Part shown: piece after piece, positions 22,643 through 35,950 of the stretch
Numbering within the stretch: position 1 is the first letter of the stretch
Layout of the letters: the number at the start of each line of letters is the position of its first letter
NCBI RefSeq assembly: GCF_006345805.1
Contig: NC_042999.1
Coordinates: 27,900,001-27,964,000 of the forward strand
DNA length: 64,000 bases
From: Octopus sinensis
Lineage: Eukaryota
Direction of reading: 5' to 3'
Position numbers and translations under genes: made by a program
Notes under the pieces: model-generated
Databases searched by the model: none
What the model was told of the DNA's origin: nothing
The model's input: the letters and a program-made list of their open reading frames with translations, nothing else

Positions 22643-23801
22643 ATATATATATATATATGCATACATACACCTATAAAATCACATTCACTCATTAGCACCT
22701 CCAGCACACAGAGACAACTGCCAACAGGTCAATAGTGTGCATCCCACCCCAATTTCTTTTGCAAAGCATATTACCTGCGAGGGATCGATGAATGTTGGGT
22801 CGAGACGATCGTTCGTAGTGGTTTATAAAGAACCTCGTGAATTTCATTTTCGTTTTCTTCCTCTCATATTTCGAGAGGCTATGAATCTGCGCCCGAAGAA
22901 ATCGTGTCAGCTGCTGCTGATGGTGGTGCAGCGTCTGTTGTGGCTCTACCACAGTCCCACACGGGAGTGGCAGTCACGCACACTTAGAAGTGGATGTTCA
23001 GTTGGAACACAGAATACTGCGGTAATTATCACGAGAGAAACTCCCTTATTGGCTTTCGGTGCAAAACTCTTTATATCGCTAGGGAAGAGATAATCTCCGC
23101 AAACGCCAGTGCCAAGACCAGCAGATACTGTGATTTCGGCATTTCCCTGGCCTTGTCAAAGAATGACGCCCAGACGCAAGAGACAGCGGCAATGTACCTC
23201 CACCAGCGATATAAAGAATCTGAGTGCCAAAATAATTGCTTGTGTCGCGAATGATCTGATGACTTCGGTGTTGGCGGCGGTAGTGGCAGGGTTTTATCTC
23301 CCCGGCTGTTACCCATGTCAGCTGCACAGATTTATCAATTTCTCAATCTCTACAATAATATATATAATCTTTGGAAACATGCTACTGCATTTTGCATTCC
23401 CAAGAAAGGCTACCCGCCAACTATTGTTCTGTTTCATTCGCTTAAATTTCTGTTCCACACTTTCTCTGAGCCCCAGACTTTTGATTTTATACCCCAATCT
23501 CTTCCTTCTGAACATCAGTAATCTTCTTACCGTCAAGAACAACACTCTTATGCAGTTGATAAGAACCTCCATTCCTTCCTGACGCATACAACCATGCTTC
23601 ATGCACTTTACCACACGCCGAAACTACACTGGTTCTTGTCTCTTTTTACTGAGGAAGAGAAAGAAAATCTCACACAAGAAAGGACACATTAGACAATGTT
23701 GTGTTTGATAAACACAAATACTTGATGACTGAACGCTTTTTAATCTTAGATTTACTTCTTCAAGGTTGCTCTGAGGCTAAATAACAACGCTAAACTAAAA
23801 C

Positions 23802-24085
23802 AGATAAGACTGAAAATGTCGCTAGAAGCTAGGATCACCAAGCATAGATTGGCATATTTCGGTCATATTATGCGGAGAAAATCCCTGAAGAAGGACATCA
23901 TGCTCGGAATGGTCAGTGGCAAGGGAGGAAGAGACCGACCAAGAACCCGCTGACTTGACACCATCAACAGTGATACTGGAATGCACGTAGCCAATCTGAA
24001 AGAAGCGGCCCAGGATAGAACTGACTGGAGGACACTGATCCAACGAGTGACCGAGAGTCGACTTCGACTGAGCGGATAGAGAGAA
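23802..24085 (+). mobile_element. RTE (BovB-like) LINE 3' fragment
   Basis: HRLAYFGHIMRRKSL..GRDRPRTR*LDTI..EAAQDRTDWR; TSD AAACTAAAAC (23792-23801 / 24086-24095); highly similar to 43840-44435. Confidence 0.85.
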
Positions 24086-24442
24086 AAACTAAAACCGAGC
24101 GTCTGTGAAACCATGAGCCAGTATTCACATCACGACCTCATTTATGTGCACGCTTTTGTTTTCTTTTTTGCTTCTCTTCTTCCTAATTTTCCTTTGTCTA
24201 GACATACACCAATTTGAAATGACAGCCTACAATTGCTAACGCATTTCTTACTTTCTTTGTATTATTTTAACATTATTGTTCTTGTGACATTAGGAAGAGA
24301 CAAGGCAACATTAGATAAAAATCTGCAGCAGCATTGAGTTCACAACACCGAAAGAATAAATACCAGTCTTGTACTGGTATCGATATAAATAAGATTATAT
24401 TTCTCCCTCCACTTTTGATTACATATGCCTATGTTAAATATC

Positions 24443-24652
24443 TGTTTCTTTATTACCCACGAGGGGCTAAACATACAGGGGACAAACAAGGACAGGCAAA
24501 CGGATTAAGTCGATTACATCATCGATCCCCAGTGCGTAACTGGTACTCAATTTATCGACCCCGAAAGGATGAAAGGCAAAGTCGACCTCGACGGAATTCG
24601 AACTCAGAACGTAACAACAGACGAAATACGGCTACGCATTTCGCCCGGCGCC
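24443..24652 (-). mobile_element. SINE A, slightly 5'-truncated
   Basis: Flanked by the direct repeat ATGCCTATG(T/C)TAAATATC. Confidence 0.85.
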
Positions 24653-24682
24653 TTACACATGCCTATGCTAAATATCATTAAA

Positions 24683-24895
24683 GGCAGCAAGCTGGCAGAC
24701 TCGTTTGCACGCTGAATAAAATACTTAGTAGCATTTTTTCCGGCTTTACGGTCTGTGCTTAGATATCTTCGGAGGTAGACTTTGGCTTTCATCCTTTCTG
24801 GAACGATAAAATAAGAAACTGTTGAGCACTGGGTGGGTGTAATCAACTTGCCCCCTCCCTCGAAATTTCAGCCCTTACGCTCACAATAGAAAGAA
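24683..24895 (+). mobile_element. Old SINE A' copy
   Basis: ggcagcaagctggcagactcg...ctttcatcctttctggaacgataaaataag; diverged. Confidence 0.65.
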
Positions 24896-24941
24896 AACTT
24901 ATTGTTCTCATGACAATCCAGCTGTATTCCACTTAATATTA

Positions 24942-25158
24942 CAGCAAGCTGGCAGAATCGTTAGCATGCCGGACGAAATGCTCAGCAGCATTTAGTCCAC
25001 CTTTATGTTCTAAGTTCAAATTCCGCCGAAATACACTTTGCCTTTCATCCTTTTGGGGTTGATAAAATAAGTATCATTTGAGCACTGGAGTCGATGTGAT
25101 TGGTTTATCCCACCGTCACCGAAGTTGCTGGCCTTGTGCCAAAATTTGAAACCAATAT
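24942..25158 (+). mobile_element. Old SINE A' copy with ...ggccttgtgccaaaatttgaaaccaat tail
   Basis: A head and B-box; tail shared with 50373-50530. Confidence 0.7.
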
Positions 25159-25625
25159 TTCATTGCTCTATGTTCGGTAAAATAAGCACCTTTTAAAAGT
25201 TGAGGTTAAATTATTCGTTAATACCAACCGTATGAAAACCATTTAAGTTAAATCTAATTAAATCTCATTAATTACAAAACACAGAAAAATCGTAATTTCA
25301 TGCATTTTCAAAATGTAATGATAGAAGGTGGTTTTACACGCATGCACATGCGCACACACACACACGCACGCACACACACACACAACACACGCACACACAT
25401 ACACCACTCTTGCGTTTATATATATAACGGTCAGCTAAGATTATCTCAGCAATTAGGTGACAAACGCTTAGTCATGGAGTGTTTAAGATAATAAAAATAA
25501 TAAAATAACGAACACTAACAAGATTAGCTGATCAAAATTTTAGGACAATAATTCTTATATATATATATATACGTTTAAATATTTGTTGTGCAAGATTTTT
25601 TATGTGAAGTCGTGTGTTGAAACAG

Positions 25626-25724
25626 ATATTGTTATATTTCGGAAGCAAAATAACACCAAATATATAGTGCGTGTGTTTTTATTGGCTAAACTGGCAATAT
25701 GACCATTCCGAAATATAACAATAT
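25626..25724. repeat. 19-bp perfect inverted repeat with 61-nt spacer
   Basis: ATATTGTTATATTTCGGAA (25626-25644) / TTCCGAAATATAACAATAT (25706-25724). Confidence 0.8.
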
Positions 25725-26840
25725 ATATATATATATATATATAAAAGTAGTCAAGCGACCGTTTAATAAATAACGAATTTAATAATTTGGAATAAATATA
25801 ATTTTTCGTAATCAACAAAACTGCCTTTCTATGCTATATACTGATTACTTAATGCATACGCGCGCGCACGATATTGTATATGTCTGCTATATACTTGTAA
25901 CTATTCATTTTGCCAACTGAATAAAACACTTCGCTGAGGAGGTGTAATAAGACTGAAACATGTTTATTGCTGTCACTAGTTGAGTTTAAAGACTAGATTC
26001 ATTCCAATCTGCTTTGTTCATTGTCCTAAAAACTTTAATCAACTAATTTTGTTAGCATTCGTTAATTTATTATTTTTGTTATTTTAAATACTCTCTGAGG
26101 GAGTTGTTGTCAACTAATTGCTGAGATGATCCCAGCTGACCGTTATTTTTCATCTCACTATATTACATAAGTGGCATTCTGTTATATTCCTTCTTCACCC
26201 CGAAGGGACTCAAAGACCGCAGTTTTCCCCCCACCCACCACAAAATATGTGATCTTTTGTGAATATGTACAAAATCCTTTATGTTGTGTTTTTCATTGGG
26301 GGCTTTGCACCCCTTAGAAGGCCCAGAGAGGATTGAAAGGGAGGCGTAAACTTGAACATGTTTATTGACATTAAGGTGGTTTCCAAACTTTTAAACTATT
26401 CAAACATCGTGGTGTAGAAAGAATTATAAAGATGCAAACTGTTCTTTCATCTCTTTAATAGGAGGATGGGCGACATTTTTTCTAATATTTGGGCGGACAG
26501 GGAATGGTATTCAGAATGATAACCACTGCTATACGTTGTTATGATAAGGCTGTAAAGTGGTGGAAGTACTAAAGCACATGACTAAATGTCATACATTAAT
26601 TTTATACTTCTAAGTTTAAGCACAATTGGAGTCGACGTGACCTTTCATTCTTTTGAGGTCGATAACGTAAGTTGCGCTCATAAAATTGGAGACAGCGAAA
26701 TGATCAATTCTAGATCTTGTCGAAGAAGTTCCTACATAGTAGTTTCAATTGATGAAAATAATAACCAAACTTCCATCAAATCGCACACTACTCTCTTAAA
26801 AAAAAAAAAAAGAACATTCGATTCATTACTACAGAATATA

Positions 26841-27074
26841 TATTTCTTTACTACCCACAAGGGGCTAAACACAGAGGAGACAAACAAGGACAGACAAACG
26901 GATTAAGTCGATTACATCGACCCCAGTGCGTAACTGGTACTTAATTTATCGACCCCGGAAGGATGAAAGGCAAAGTCGACCTCGGCGGAATTTGAACTCG
27001 GAACGTAACGGCAGACGAAATACGGCAACGCATTTCGCCCGGCGTGCTAACGTTTCTGCCAGCTCTGCCTACTT
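26841..27074 (-). mobile_element. SINE A monomer
   Basis: TSD CTACAGAATATA (26829-26840 / 27075-27086). Confidence 0.9.
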
Positions 27075-27607
27075 CTACAGAATATATGGTGGTATTGCCA
27101 TGAGTGGAATGTCTTTTGGCAATAGGCTTGCTTGATTATGGCTGATCCAGAGCTAAACAACAACAACAGCAACAACATAAATAGCTGCGATATCATTTAT
27201 TCTTTAAAAGCCGAACAACAAATATATATCTCCGACTTCACTCTTCATTTATTTGGGGGTAAATAATATCAGAAGGACTTATGCACGATCGTCGATTCAA
27301 ATGACTTAGCTTCTTCCTTACAAGCTAGAGGACTACATATTCCAACATTACTTTCATTTTTATATGATAGAGTCTGGTATACGAGTATGTTGGCTGCTAT
27401 TTGTAGCTGGGTAAACGGTTTTGAATAGATTTCCCCCACGTTAATTGGTAATCCCCTCGTCAATTCATAATCTGTTCTTTGACTGGCGTTTCCTCTGACT
27501 CGTAACGCCTTCACTGATTTCTGATTCCCTCATTAACTCGTAATCTTATAAACTCGTAATCCCTAACGACTCTAATTCTCTCAATGTCTCATGACCCATT
27601 AACTGTC

Positions 27608-28243
27608 AGGGCACGTGGTTTAGTGGTTAGGGCAATCGAATCATGACTGTGAGGTTGTCAGTTCGTTACTCGGCGGTGCGTTGTGTCCTCAAACAAGTTG
27701 TTGCTTTATTTCACATTGCTTCAGTGTGGAGGCACATGACCTAGTGGTTAGAGCAGCGGACTCGCGGTCGAGGGATCGCGGGTTCGAATCTCAGACCGGG
27801 CGATGTGTGTGTTTATGAGCGAAACAGCTAAGCTCCGCGCGGCTCCGACAGAAGGTAATGGCGAAACTTCTGCTGACTCTTCCGCCACAACTCTCTCTCA
27901 CTCTTTCCTCCTGCGTCTTGCAGCTCACCTGCGACGGACCGTCCAGGTGGGGAATCTATACGCCAAGAAACCGGGAAACCGGCCCTTATGAGCCAGGGAT
28001 GGCTCGAGAAGGAACAAACAGCATTGCTTCAGTCTACTCAGCTGGCAAAAATTAATAGTACCTGTATTTCAAAGGGCCAGCCTTGCCACTTTCTAAGTCA
28101 CGATGAATTCCGTTGAGAACTACGATAAGGGTACATATGTTTGTGGAGTGCTCAGCTACTTACACGTTAATTTCATGAGCAGGCTGTTTGGTCCATCGGA
28201 TCAACTGGAACCCTCGTTGTCGTAATCGACGGAGTACCAGTTA
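27608..28243 (+). mobile_element. Old SINE F, interrupted by a SINE C insertion
   Basis: Head 27608-27725 and body 28022-28243; the body is the reverse-complement homolog of 56165-56500. Confidence 0.75.
27726..28021 (+). mobile_element. SINE C nested in SINE F
   Basis: Intact A/B boxes (TGACCTAGTGGT, GGTTCGAATCTC); TSD CATTGCTTCAGT (27714-27725 / 28022-28033). Confidence 0.9.
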
Positions 28244-29182
28244 TATTATCTTTACTGTGTTAGTTTATTCATCTACACTCTCACCCCGCAGAATTAATTA
28301 TATTTACCAATTTGCCAACCTTACAAGCAAAGAGCGACTCGAAGTCACTTACTGAGACTAAGACATCATGTTAACCCGATCATGACAGCAGCAATTATAT
28401 TTTTGCACACTTCTATAAGGTGACATTTAACGAAATGTAAAAAAAAAAAAAACAAGAAAGAAGGTAGTGAAAATAGGAAATAAAAGTAAAAAAAAAGAAA
28501 ACTGATAAATAGATTACAAACGTTTATTCTTCAACAGTTTTTATCCCCTTGAATTTTTATCGAGATTGTTTCATTGAAAGAAGCTTATACATTAATCACA
28601 TCTTATGCACAACCGTTTTTATTTTTCTGTATTGGTCACAGTTCTTAACATACTTCCGTCTGGTCCTAGTTTTTTTCTTTGTTCTAGGTCTAAAACACCA
28701 CTATATATGCTTTATATGATGTGTCGCGTTCTCACTGCGTAAATTGCTAAACAACCGCATGCAGATGGTTTGTTGACGCCACTAAGATAGTACTTCGCAC
28801 AACACTAGGTGTCGAAACCGCTTGAGTCTGTAGACAGACAGCTAATGAAGGTTTAATTTTCGTTTGTTGTCTCGTAACTTTTTTTAACCGTTGGATCTTG
28901 TCTAACCGTCTTAAACACTACAGTGTAGAGAGCGAATGTAAAATTGATAATGATGATGATGATGAGGAGGAGGAGGATGGTGATGATGATGATGATGATG
29001 ATGATGACAGCAACGATGGCGACGATGATGTAGGCATATAACCCGCTGAAAAATACATCTGGGTATACATATTTATTTACAAACGCACACACACACATAT
29101 ATATGTATGTACGTATATGTATATATGTATGTATATATATGTACATCCTTAATGTGTGCGTGAGTGTGTTAGTGGTCGTATA

Positions 29183-29213
<31 letters not shown>

Positions 29214-29536
29214 CTGTGCCTGTGTCTAGGATTGTGTATGTGCATTCATTGACTTATTGTGTTTTCTTGTGAAGGAGAAAGATAACCGAACAGTATGTAC
29301 CAAAAGACCTGTTGCTGGGAGAGACTTAACTTTTACATGCAACCATATCCGTTTAGATTATGCAATGAACCATGGATGCTGCAACTGATGTTTGTATTTA
29401 ATGACTAACATAAAGACATACATGCATATGCTTGTGTGTGTGTGTGTGTGTGTGTGTGTTCATATATACATATGTACACACATACGTGGGCATAGACATT
29501 CGTGTATATATATATATATCTATATATATATATATA

Positions 29537-29575
<39 letters not shown>

Positions 29576-29611
29576 ATATATATATATATACATACATACA
29601 TACATACATGA

Positions 29612-29651
<40 letters not shown>

Positions 29652-29874
29652 ACACATATATATATATAAACACACACACACACATATATATATTTATACA
29701 TACACACATATGTCTACAGAATGTGTGGTTAGGTGCATATTCATATATGCACTCAGCTGTTTTCGCGTAAATCTGTTGTGTGTGTATATGTACGTAACTA
29801 TATGCATATGTGTGCTCGAGTATGTATGTGTGTATATTTATTTACACATATACACAGACATAATGCGTATACAT

Positions 29875-30062
29875 ATATACTCATACAAACATATGTATTT
29901 GTATGTATACATATATACTCATACAAACATATGTATTTGTATGTATACATATATACTCATACAAACATATGTATTTGTATGTATGCATACACTCATACAA
30001 ACATATGTATTTGTATGTATACATATATACTCATACAAACATATGTATTTGTATGTATACAT
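29875..30062. repeat. 38-bp minisatellite, about 5 copies
   Basis: Unit TCATACAAACATATGTATTTGTATGTATACATATATAC. Confidence 0.9.
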
Positions 30063-30547
30063 ATATAATTATATAAAGTAACATATATAAGCAGCATGTC
30101 TAAATGTATGTTTATCAAACTTATATATATGAACTTATTCATAATTTTTAAATATTACGTCTTTAAATTTAACATAGAGACACGCACTCAAACAAACAAA
30201 CATAAACTTATACATACATGTATGCATACACACAAAACGTACATACATACACATGTGCATACACATATACGCACATGTACCATCTGTGGAACTGTGTGTG
30301 TGTGAGAGAGAGAGAGAGAGAAAGAGAGGTTAAGATTGGGCTGAAGATTGCGTCTAAGATATTTAAATGGATACGTACTGACGTGCTAAAAGATGTCTCT
30401 TTAAAAGAGATAGACATGATAACATAAAACAACAACTCAAAGACTAAGTAGAATCCATCTTTAAATTATGAAACACATATTTCACATGGTTAGCCACATA
30501 TGTAACTGCTACTTTCCCACTCTGTTTTAGATTGAAATTTCCTTTCA

Positions 30548-30705
30548 TAGGCATGACTGTGTGGTTAGAAAGTCGCTTCGCAACCACCGGGCGAGTGTCG
30601 TCTACTACTACTACTAACCTGAGCCGATCAAAACCTCGTGAATGGATTGTTTTGTAGATATATGTATGTATATATGTATGTACACTGCGTGCTTCTTTCA
30701 GTTTC
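30548..30705 (+). mobile_element. Degenerate SINE B head
   Basis: ggcatgactgtgtggttagaaagtcgcttcgcaaccac...ccgatcaaaacctcgtgaatggatt. Confidence 0.5.
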
Positions 30706-31259
30706 CATATCTATCTGGCTGTCTACACACAGTTGTGAGATCCAATCAATCATGGTAGAACATTAAGTTAGTCTCTAACACACGCAAGCTTGTATAAAAA
30801 AGAGATAAGAAATGATACGCGATCAGTAAATTTTATTAGTCCCCTGTATCGAATATGCTTTGTTCCATATCAAAATTATAAAGTAATTTTGACGACAGGT
30901 ACTAATGTTGCTTAAGTATGTGATAATCAAATGAGTGAATGAAGGGACTGGAAGAAGCAGTTATGCTACAATCCACATAGCAGCAAAGAGGTACCAAGTG
31001 GACATACACGTCCCTGTATTACGCGAGGATTACAGGTTCTCTAGTCAAATGACTTAGGACGTAAATTACGATTTATCCCATTTTCAGCGGATCTGTTCAG
31101 CGTTTATTACCGACAGAAATCTTCTCAATCTGTTGTTGTCTAGATTTCAGAATTACTAGTAATACATAGTGGCATAATTCACTATACTTTGAGTATTATC
31201 AACTTCCACAGGAGCCGTGCCTGTTTCAAAGGTGCTGAACACCATCTGGTTGTAAACGG

Positions 31260-31570
31260 ACCAGATCTGTGCTGTACCTGTTACCAAGATACTTAACTCT
31301 TAACAGCTGAGTGTATCAGGCTGTAAGCAGATATTCTTGACCAGAGCTGCGCAATGTTTATCGCCAAAGATACTTAACTTTCGACTATTCAGTTCGTCTG
31401 ACTTTAAGTAGATATTCTTCACCAGATATGTGCTGTTCCTATTAACAAGATACTTAACCCTCACTTACATAGTCGTTCTGGCTGAAAGTAGGCGCTTCTT
31501 ACCAGAGTTCCGTAGTTTTTATTGCCAAAATACTTAGCTTTCAACAGCTCGGTCTACCCTAAGCAAGCAG
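31260..31570. repeat. Diverged 80/81-bp tandem repeat with 161-bp higher-order period
   Basis: Units start ACCAGA at 31260, 31340, 31421 and 31501 and share (A)AGATACTTA. Units 1/3 and 2/4 are more alike. Confidence 0.75.
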
Positions 31571-32290
31571 TAGCAAGGTACTCGTCTTCAAAAGCTAGAC
31601 GGAGTATATTACCAGAATACAACCTGCAGTGATTTATTATACTGTTCATACTTATGATGTAAGTAGAATAAGCTAAATCAGGATTAATGTGAAATCACTT
31701 CAGTCTACCACGTAAAACTCTTAACGATTCCCCTTTGACCTTATGTCTGACTCTAAAGAAATCATTATAAAATGCGCAACGTCAGACTGAATTCATGCTC
31801 CCCTCCATTACCACCATCGCACTACAGCAGACATTACAGTCTGTCCTTGAGACCATATTTCTCTTGCCTTTGCCTTCATGCCTAATTAAAAAAACATTAT
31901 AGGCATATGTAGTACATCTGCTAATCTGTAACTACAGTTGCTGTAGTTACTCATATATTTACACAATCCTAACTTAATACTAATTTTCAGTTAACATTTT
32001 TTTTTTCAGTATCTTATTCCACTTCACTTGCATATTTTTTCTTCTATTTTTGTTACTTTCTTTTTTTTCCCTTTTTTTTTTCTTCTTCTTCCCATCCCAA
32101 ATATGAATATTCTTCCTTCAACTCATCACCGTCTTAATGCGAGTTCAAACGTTTTCCATCGGTTTTCATTTGAGTCATTCATTGCATATAGAACAAAAGC
32201 ACGTGCGCGCGCACACACGCAGCACACACAGCACACACACACCACACAAACACACACACACACAGCACACACACATCTATCTATCTATCT

Positions 32291-32704
32291 TATTTCTTTA
32301 TTGCCCGTAAGGGGCTAAGCATTGAAGGGACAAACAAGGACAGACAAACGGATTAAGTCGATTACATCGACCCCAGTGCATAACTGGTACTTAATTTATC
32401 GACCCCGAAAGGATGAAAGGCAAAGTCTACCTCGGCGGAATTTGAACTCATAACGTAACGGCTGCGGAAATACCTATTTCTTCACTACCCACAAGGGGCT
32501 AAACACAGAGGAGACAAAAAAGGACAGACAGACGGATCAAGTCGATTATATCGACTCCAGTGTGTAACTGGTACTTAATTTATCGACCCCGAAAGGATGA
32601 AAAGCAAAGTCAACCTCGGCGGAATTTGAACTCAGAACGTAACGGCAGACGAAATACCGCAAAGCATTTCGTCCGCGTACTAACGGTTGTGCCAGTTCAC
32701 CGCC
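32291..32704 (-). mobile_element. SINE A dimer, antisense
   Basis: Junction at 32474/32475 (plus strand GAAATACC|TATTTC); flanked by (CTAT)n. Confidence 0.9.
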
Positions 32705-32706
32705 TT

Positions 32707-32743
<37 letters not shown>

Positions 32744-32974
32744 TTATCTATTCAATGAATGAGGAGCCTAATACATCTACACAATTTGTTTTTATTATTA
32801 CAGTCCGTTGTACAGTATATTCAAATGTCGGACAAATTTAAATTAGACATGCTGTTTAAATGATTGTAATAAGAAAAATATGTACATGTAATATTCTCCT
32901 TATTCACTGAAATGTCTTATGCGTGTGGGTGTATGTTTGTGGGTGTGCGTGAAAGTGAAAGTGGGTGTGAGAGC

Positions 32975-33045
<71 letters not shown>

Positions 33046-33058
33046 ATATATGTATGTA

Positions 33059-33088
<30 letters not shown>

Positions 33089-33098
<10 letters not shown>

Positions 33099-33258
33099 TA
33101 TTAGAGACAAAACCACTATTTTGCAAAACAAACAGGAAAGACTCAATCAATACATAAATTTTAATAAATAGTCAAAATTTATTAAAATTTTATGTATTGA
33201 TTAAGTCTTTCCTTGTTGTTTTGCAAAATAGTGGTTTTGTCTCTAATAATATTTTATA
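33089..33258. repeat. ~170-bp near-perfect palindrome
   Basis: Arms of ~80 bp (TATAAAATATTATTAGAGACAAAACCACTATTTTGCAAAAC... and its reverse complement) around the spacer AGTCAAA. Confidence 0.9.
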
Positions 33259-33414
33259 ATATTTTACTATAAAATTGGATTTAATCCTAAATCTGTTTTT
33301 TTTTCCTGTAAATTTGGATTTATTCCCTAATATTTATTATTATATATATATATATACATATATATATTATATACATATATATACATAATATATATATATG
33401 TGCATATATATACT

Positions 33415-33475
<61 letters not shown>

Positions 33476-33669
33476 ATATATATATGTATGTATATATATA
33501 TGTATGTATACGTACATACATAGTTACTATACTCTCTAGTGAAGTTAGTTAGATCGCCACATCAATATGGCTGTTCGACGTTTCTACCGTTTTAACCCCA
33601 GGCAGATCTTCGGGCAGCTGGTTAAGAGGTACAGCCTGTATATATTTCAAGCAGGGGATGGAGTTACTT

Positions 33670-33715
<46 letters not shown>

Positions 33716-33816
33716 CATACAGATTCAAGGTGCGATGAACATATTGTCTAAAATAACGCTGACATCGCATTTTATTAAAATTTCATAACAGTATCTTGAA
33801 ATACTAAAGAGTAAAT

Positions 33817-34131
33817 TTATTCAATAAAATCGCCATTGGCTTCAACCATGGCCTCCATATGACTTCGGAATCTCCTGTAGCTCTTGTGGGTGGCCTCCTT
33901 GTTTAAGTTGGTGCATGCTGCCATAATCCTTGCCTTCAGTTCATCTTTGGTGTTACATGAAGTTTTCTTGGTCTCTCACTCAGCTGCGCCCCACACATAA
34001 TAATCAAGGGTGCTGCAGTCTGGGGAGTTTGGTGGCCAGATGTTAGGGATGATGTGATCGGAGAAATTGTCTGATAGCTGTGACTGGTTTCTCTTGCTTG
34101 TGTGGCATGGTACAGAGTCCTGTTCCCTGAC
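33817..34131 (-). mobile_element. Tc1/mariner transposase C-terminal fossil
   Basis: EQDSVPCHTSKRNQSQLSDNFSDHIIPNIWPPNSPDCSTLDYYVWG...TKDELKARI...VEANGDFIE*, with the WPPNSPD motif. Confidence 0.85.
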
Positions 34132-34133
34132 AC

Positions 34134-34245
34134 ATAGAGTACTTATTCTATCGGTCTATTTTATCAAACCACTAAGTTATGGGGACGTAAACGCACCGAT
34201 ATCGGCTGTCAAGCAGTAGTGGTGAGACTGACACAAAGACACATG
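34134..34245 (-). mobile_element. SINE B body fragment
   Basis: gtacttattctatcggtc...ggggacgtaaacgcacc is the reverse complement of the B body. Confidence 0.7.
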
Positions 34246-34576
34246 TATATACATACATACATACATACATACATACATACATACATACATACATACACCT
34301 ATATATATGTGTGTATATATATATATATACATATACATACATACATATACATACATCCATACAAACATACAAACAAACAAACATACATACATACATACAT
34401 ACATACATACATACATACATACATACATACATACATACATACACCTATATATATGTGTGTATTATATATATACACATACATACATACACACGCATAATTG
34501 ATGAGGAGAAACGTAAAATGGAGTAGATTTGGTAGACGGAAACTGAAAGAAGCCCTTTGTATGTGCGTGTGTGTGT

Positions 34577-34903
34577 GAAGGCGCATGGCTCAGGGGTAGG
34601 GCGTCGGGCTCCCACTCATGAGATATAGAGTTCGATTCCCGGATCAGGCTGTGTTGTGTTCTTGAGCAAGTTTATTTCACGTTGTTCCAGTGCATTGAAA
34701 GGAGGTGCGACGTCACTGGTGCGAAGCTGCATCAGCCTTTGCCTTTCCCAGGAATAACATCGGTGACGTGGAGAGGGGAGGCTGGTATGCATAGCCGACT
34801 GCTGGTCTTCCATAAACAACCTTGCCCGGATATGTGCCTTGGAGGATAACTTTCTATATGCAATCTCATGGACATTCATAACCGAAAGGGTGCTTTATCC
34901 TTT
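34577..34903 (+). mobile_element. tRNA-derived SINE E
   Basis: Head GGCGCATGGCTCAGGGGTAG...GAGTTCGATTCC; homologous to the antisense copy at 38155-38489. Confidence 0.8.
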
Positions 34904-34943
34904 ACTCTTATATATATATATATATATATACACTATGCGCAAA

Positions 34944-35019
34944 TTGCCACGCAGTGGGACTGAACCCGGAACCATGTGGTTGGTAAGCAAGCTACTTACC
35001 ACACAGCCACGCCTGCGCC
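34944..35019 (-). mobile_element. SINE B head fragment
   Basis: Near-exact reverse complement of the B head. Confidence 0.85.
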
Positions 35020-35182
35020 TATAATATATTATTTCCAGCACATATATCAAGATTTCTTAGGAATATTGATTAACGCTGCTTAGATGATCATTAGTTGGTC
35101 GTATATGTATGTGCGTTAAGAAAACGCGCGCACACATGCACACACACAGCGATTAATCAGTCAGGAAATCGAAACTAAAATC

Positions 35183-35601
35183 GGATCTTTTCGGTTTGAA
35201 CGGCAGTTTTTTCTAGCAGTGTCATATGAAATTGCTACCCATAATTATGACCCTAGAATCGATCTATTGCATTTCAATCTCTTTTAGGGTTAGGGTTAGG
35301 GGTGGGGGGAAGGGTATCTTTTTTTTCTTCACAAATGTAAATAAACCCAATCTGTTTCTTAAACGTGGGACATATTCATACGGCACAGAATGCTTTTTAA
35401 CTCAATAAACGTCACTGATTGGTTGAAATTGCACAAATTGAAAAAAAAACAACAACAAATATCTTACAAACCATAGAATTTTCTCAATAAAGCCAAGAGA
35501 AAAAGATGTTTTATAAACACATTCTACCAGTATATGAAGATTAAAATTTTTTAGTTACCTTGAAATTATGTTAAAAACTGCCGTTCAAACCGAAAAGACC
35601 C
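35183..35601 (+). mobile_element. MITE copy 3
   Basis: Same TIRs; TSD CTAAAATC / ATAAAATC (7/8). Confidence 0.9.
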
Positions 35602-35950
35602 ATAAAATCTCTATGTGGTCATTCGATCTAGTTGAAATACCAATAAAATCTTACTTCTTTCACAAGCTAATGTCTACAAAAGAAGACATATACGTTTAAT
35701 TAATAAAATACTAAATATGAAGTTGTCGAAATATGGAACGAATTGATCGTGGTGACAACGTCTTTGATTACGCTTCGGCAATAACCCTGATTAAACAACC
35801 ACAATAATAACTAAATGTCAATTGATCATCTACTTAATAACATTCACACATTTTGGTTGCATTCACACGGTAAATTCTCGTATCGTTGGGATATGTCTAA
35901 ACTAGCTATGATACGTCATATCAATAATTCATAGGAGATTCTTAAACTGT

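Noticed and set aside
27726-27800. tRNA gene
   Set aside because: It has A and B boxes but no complete cloverleaf, and continues into a SINE body with a TSD.
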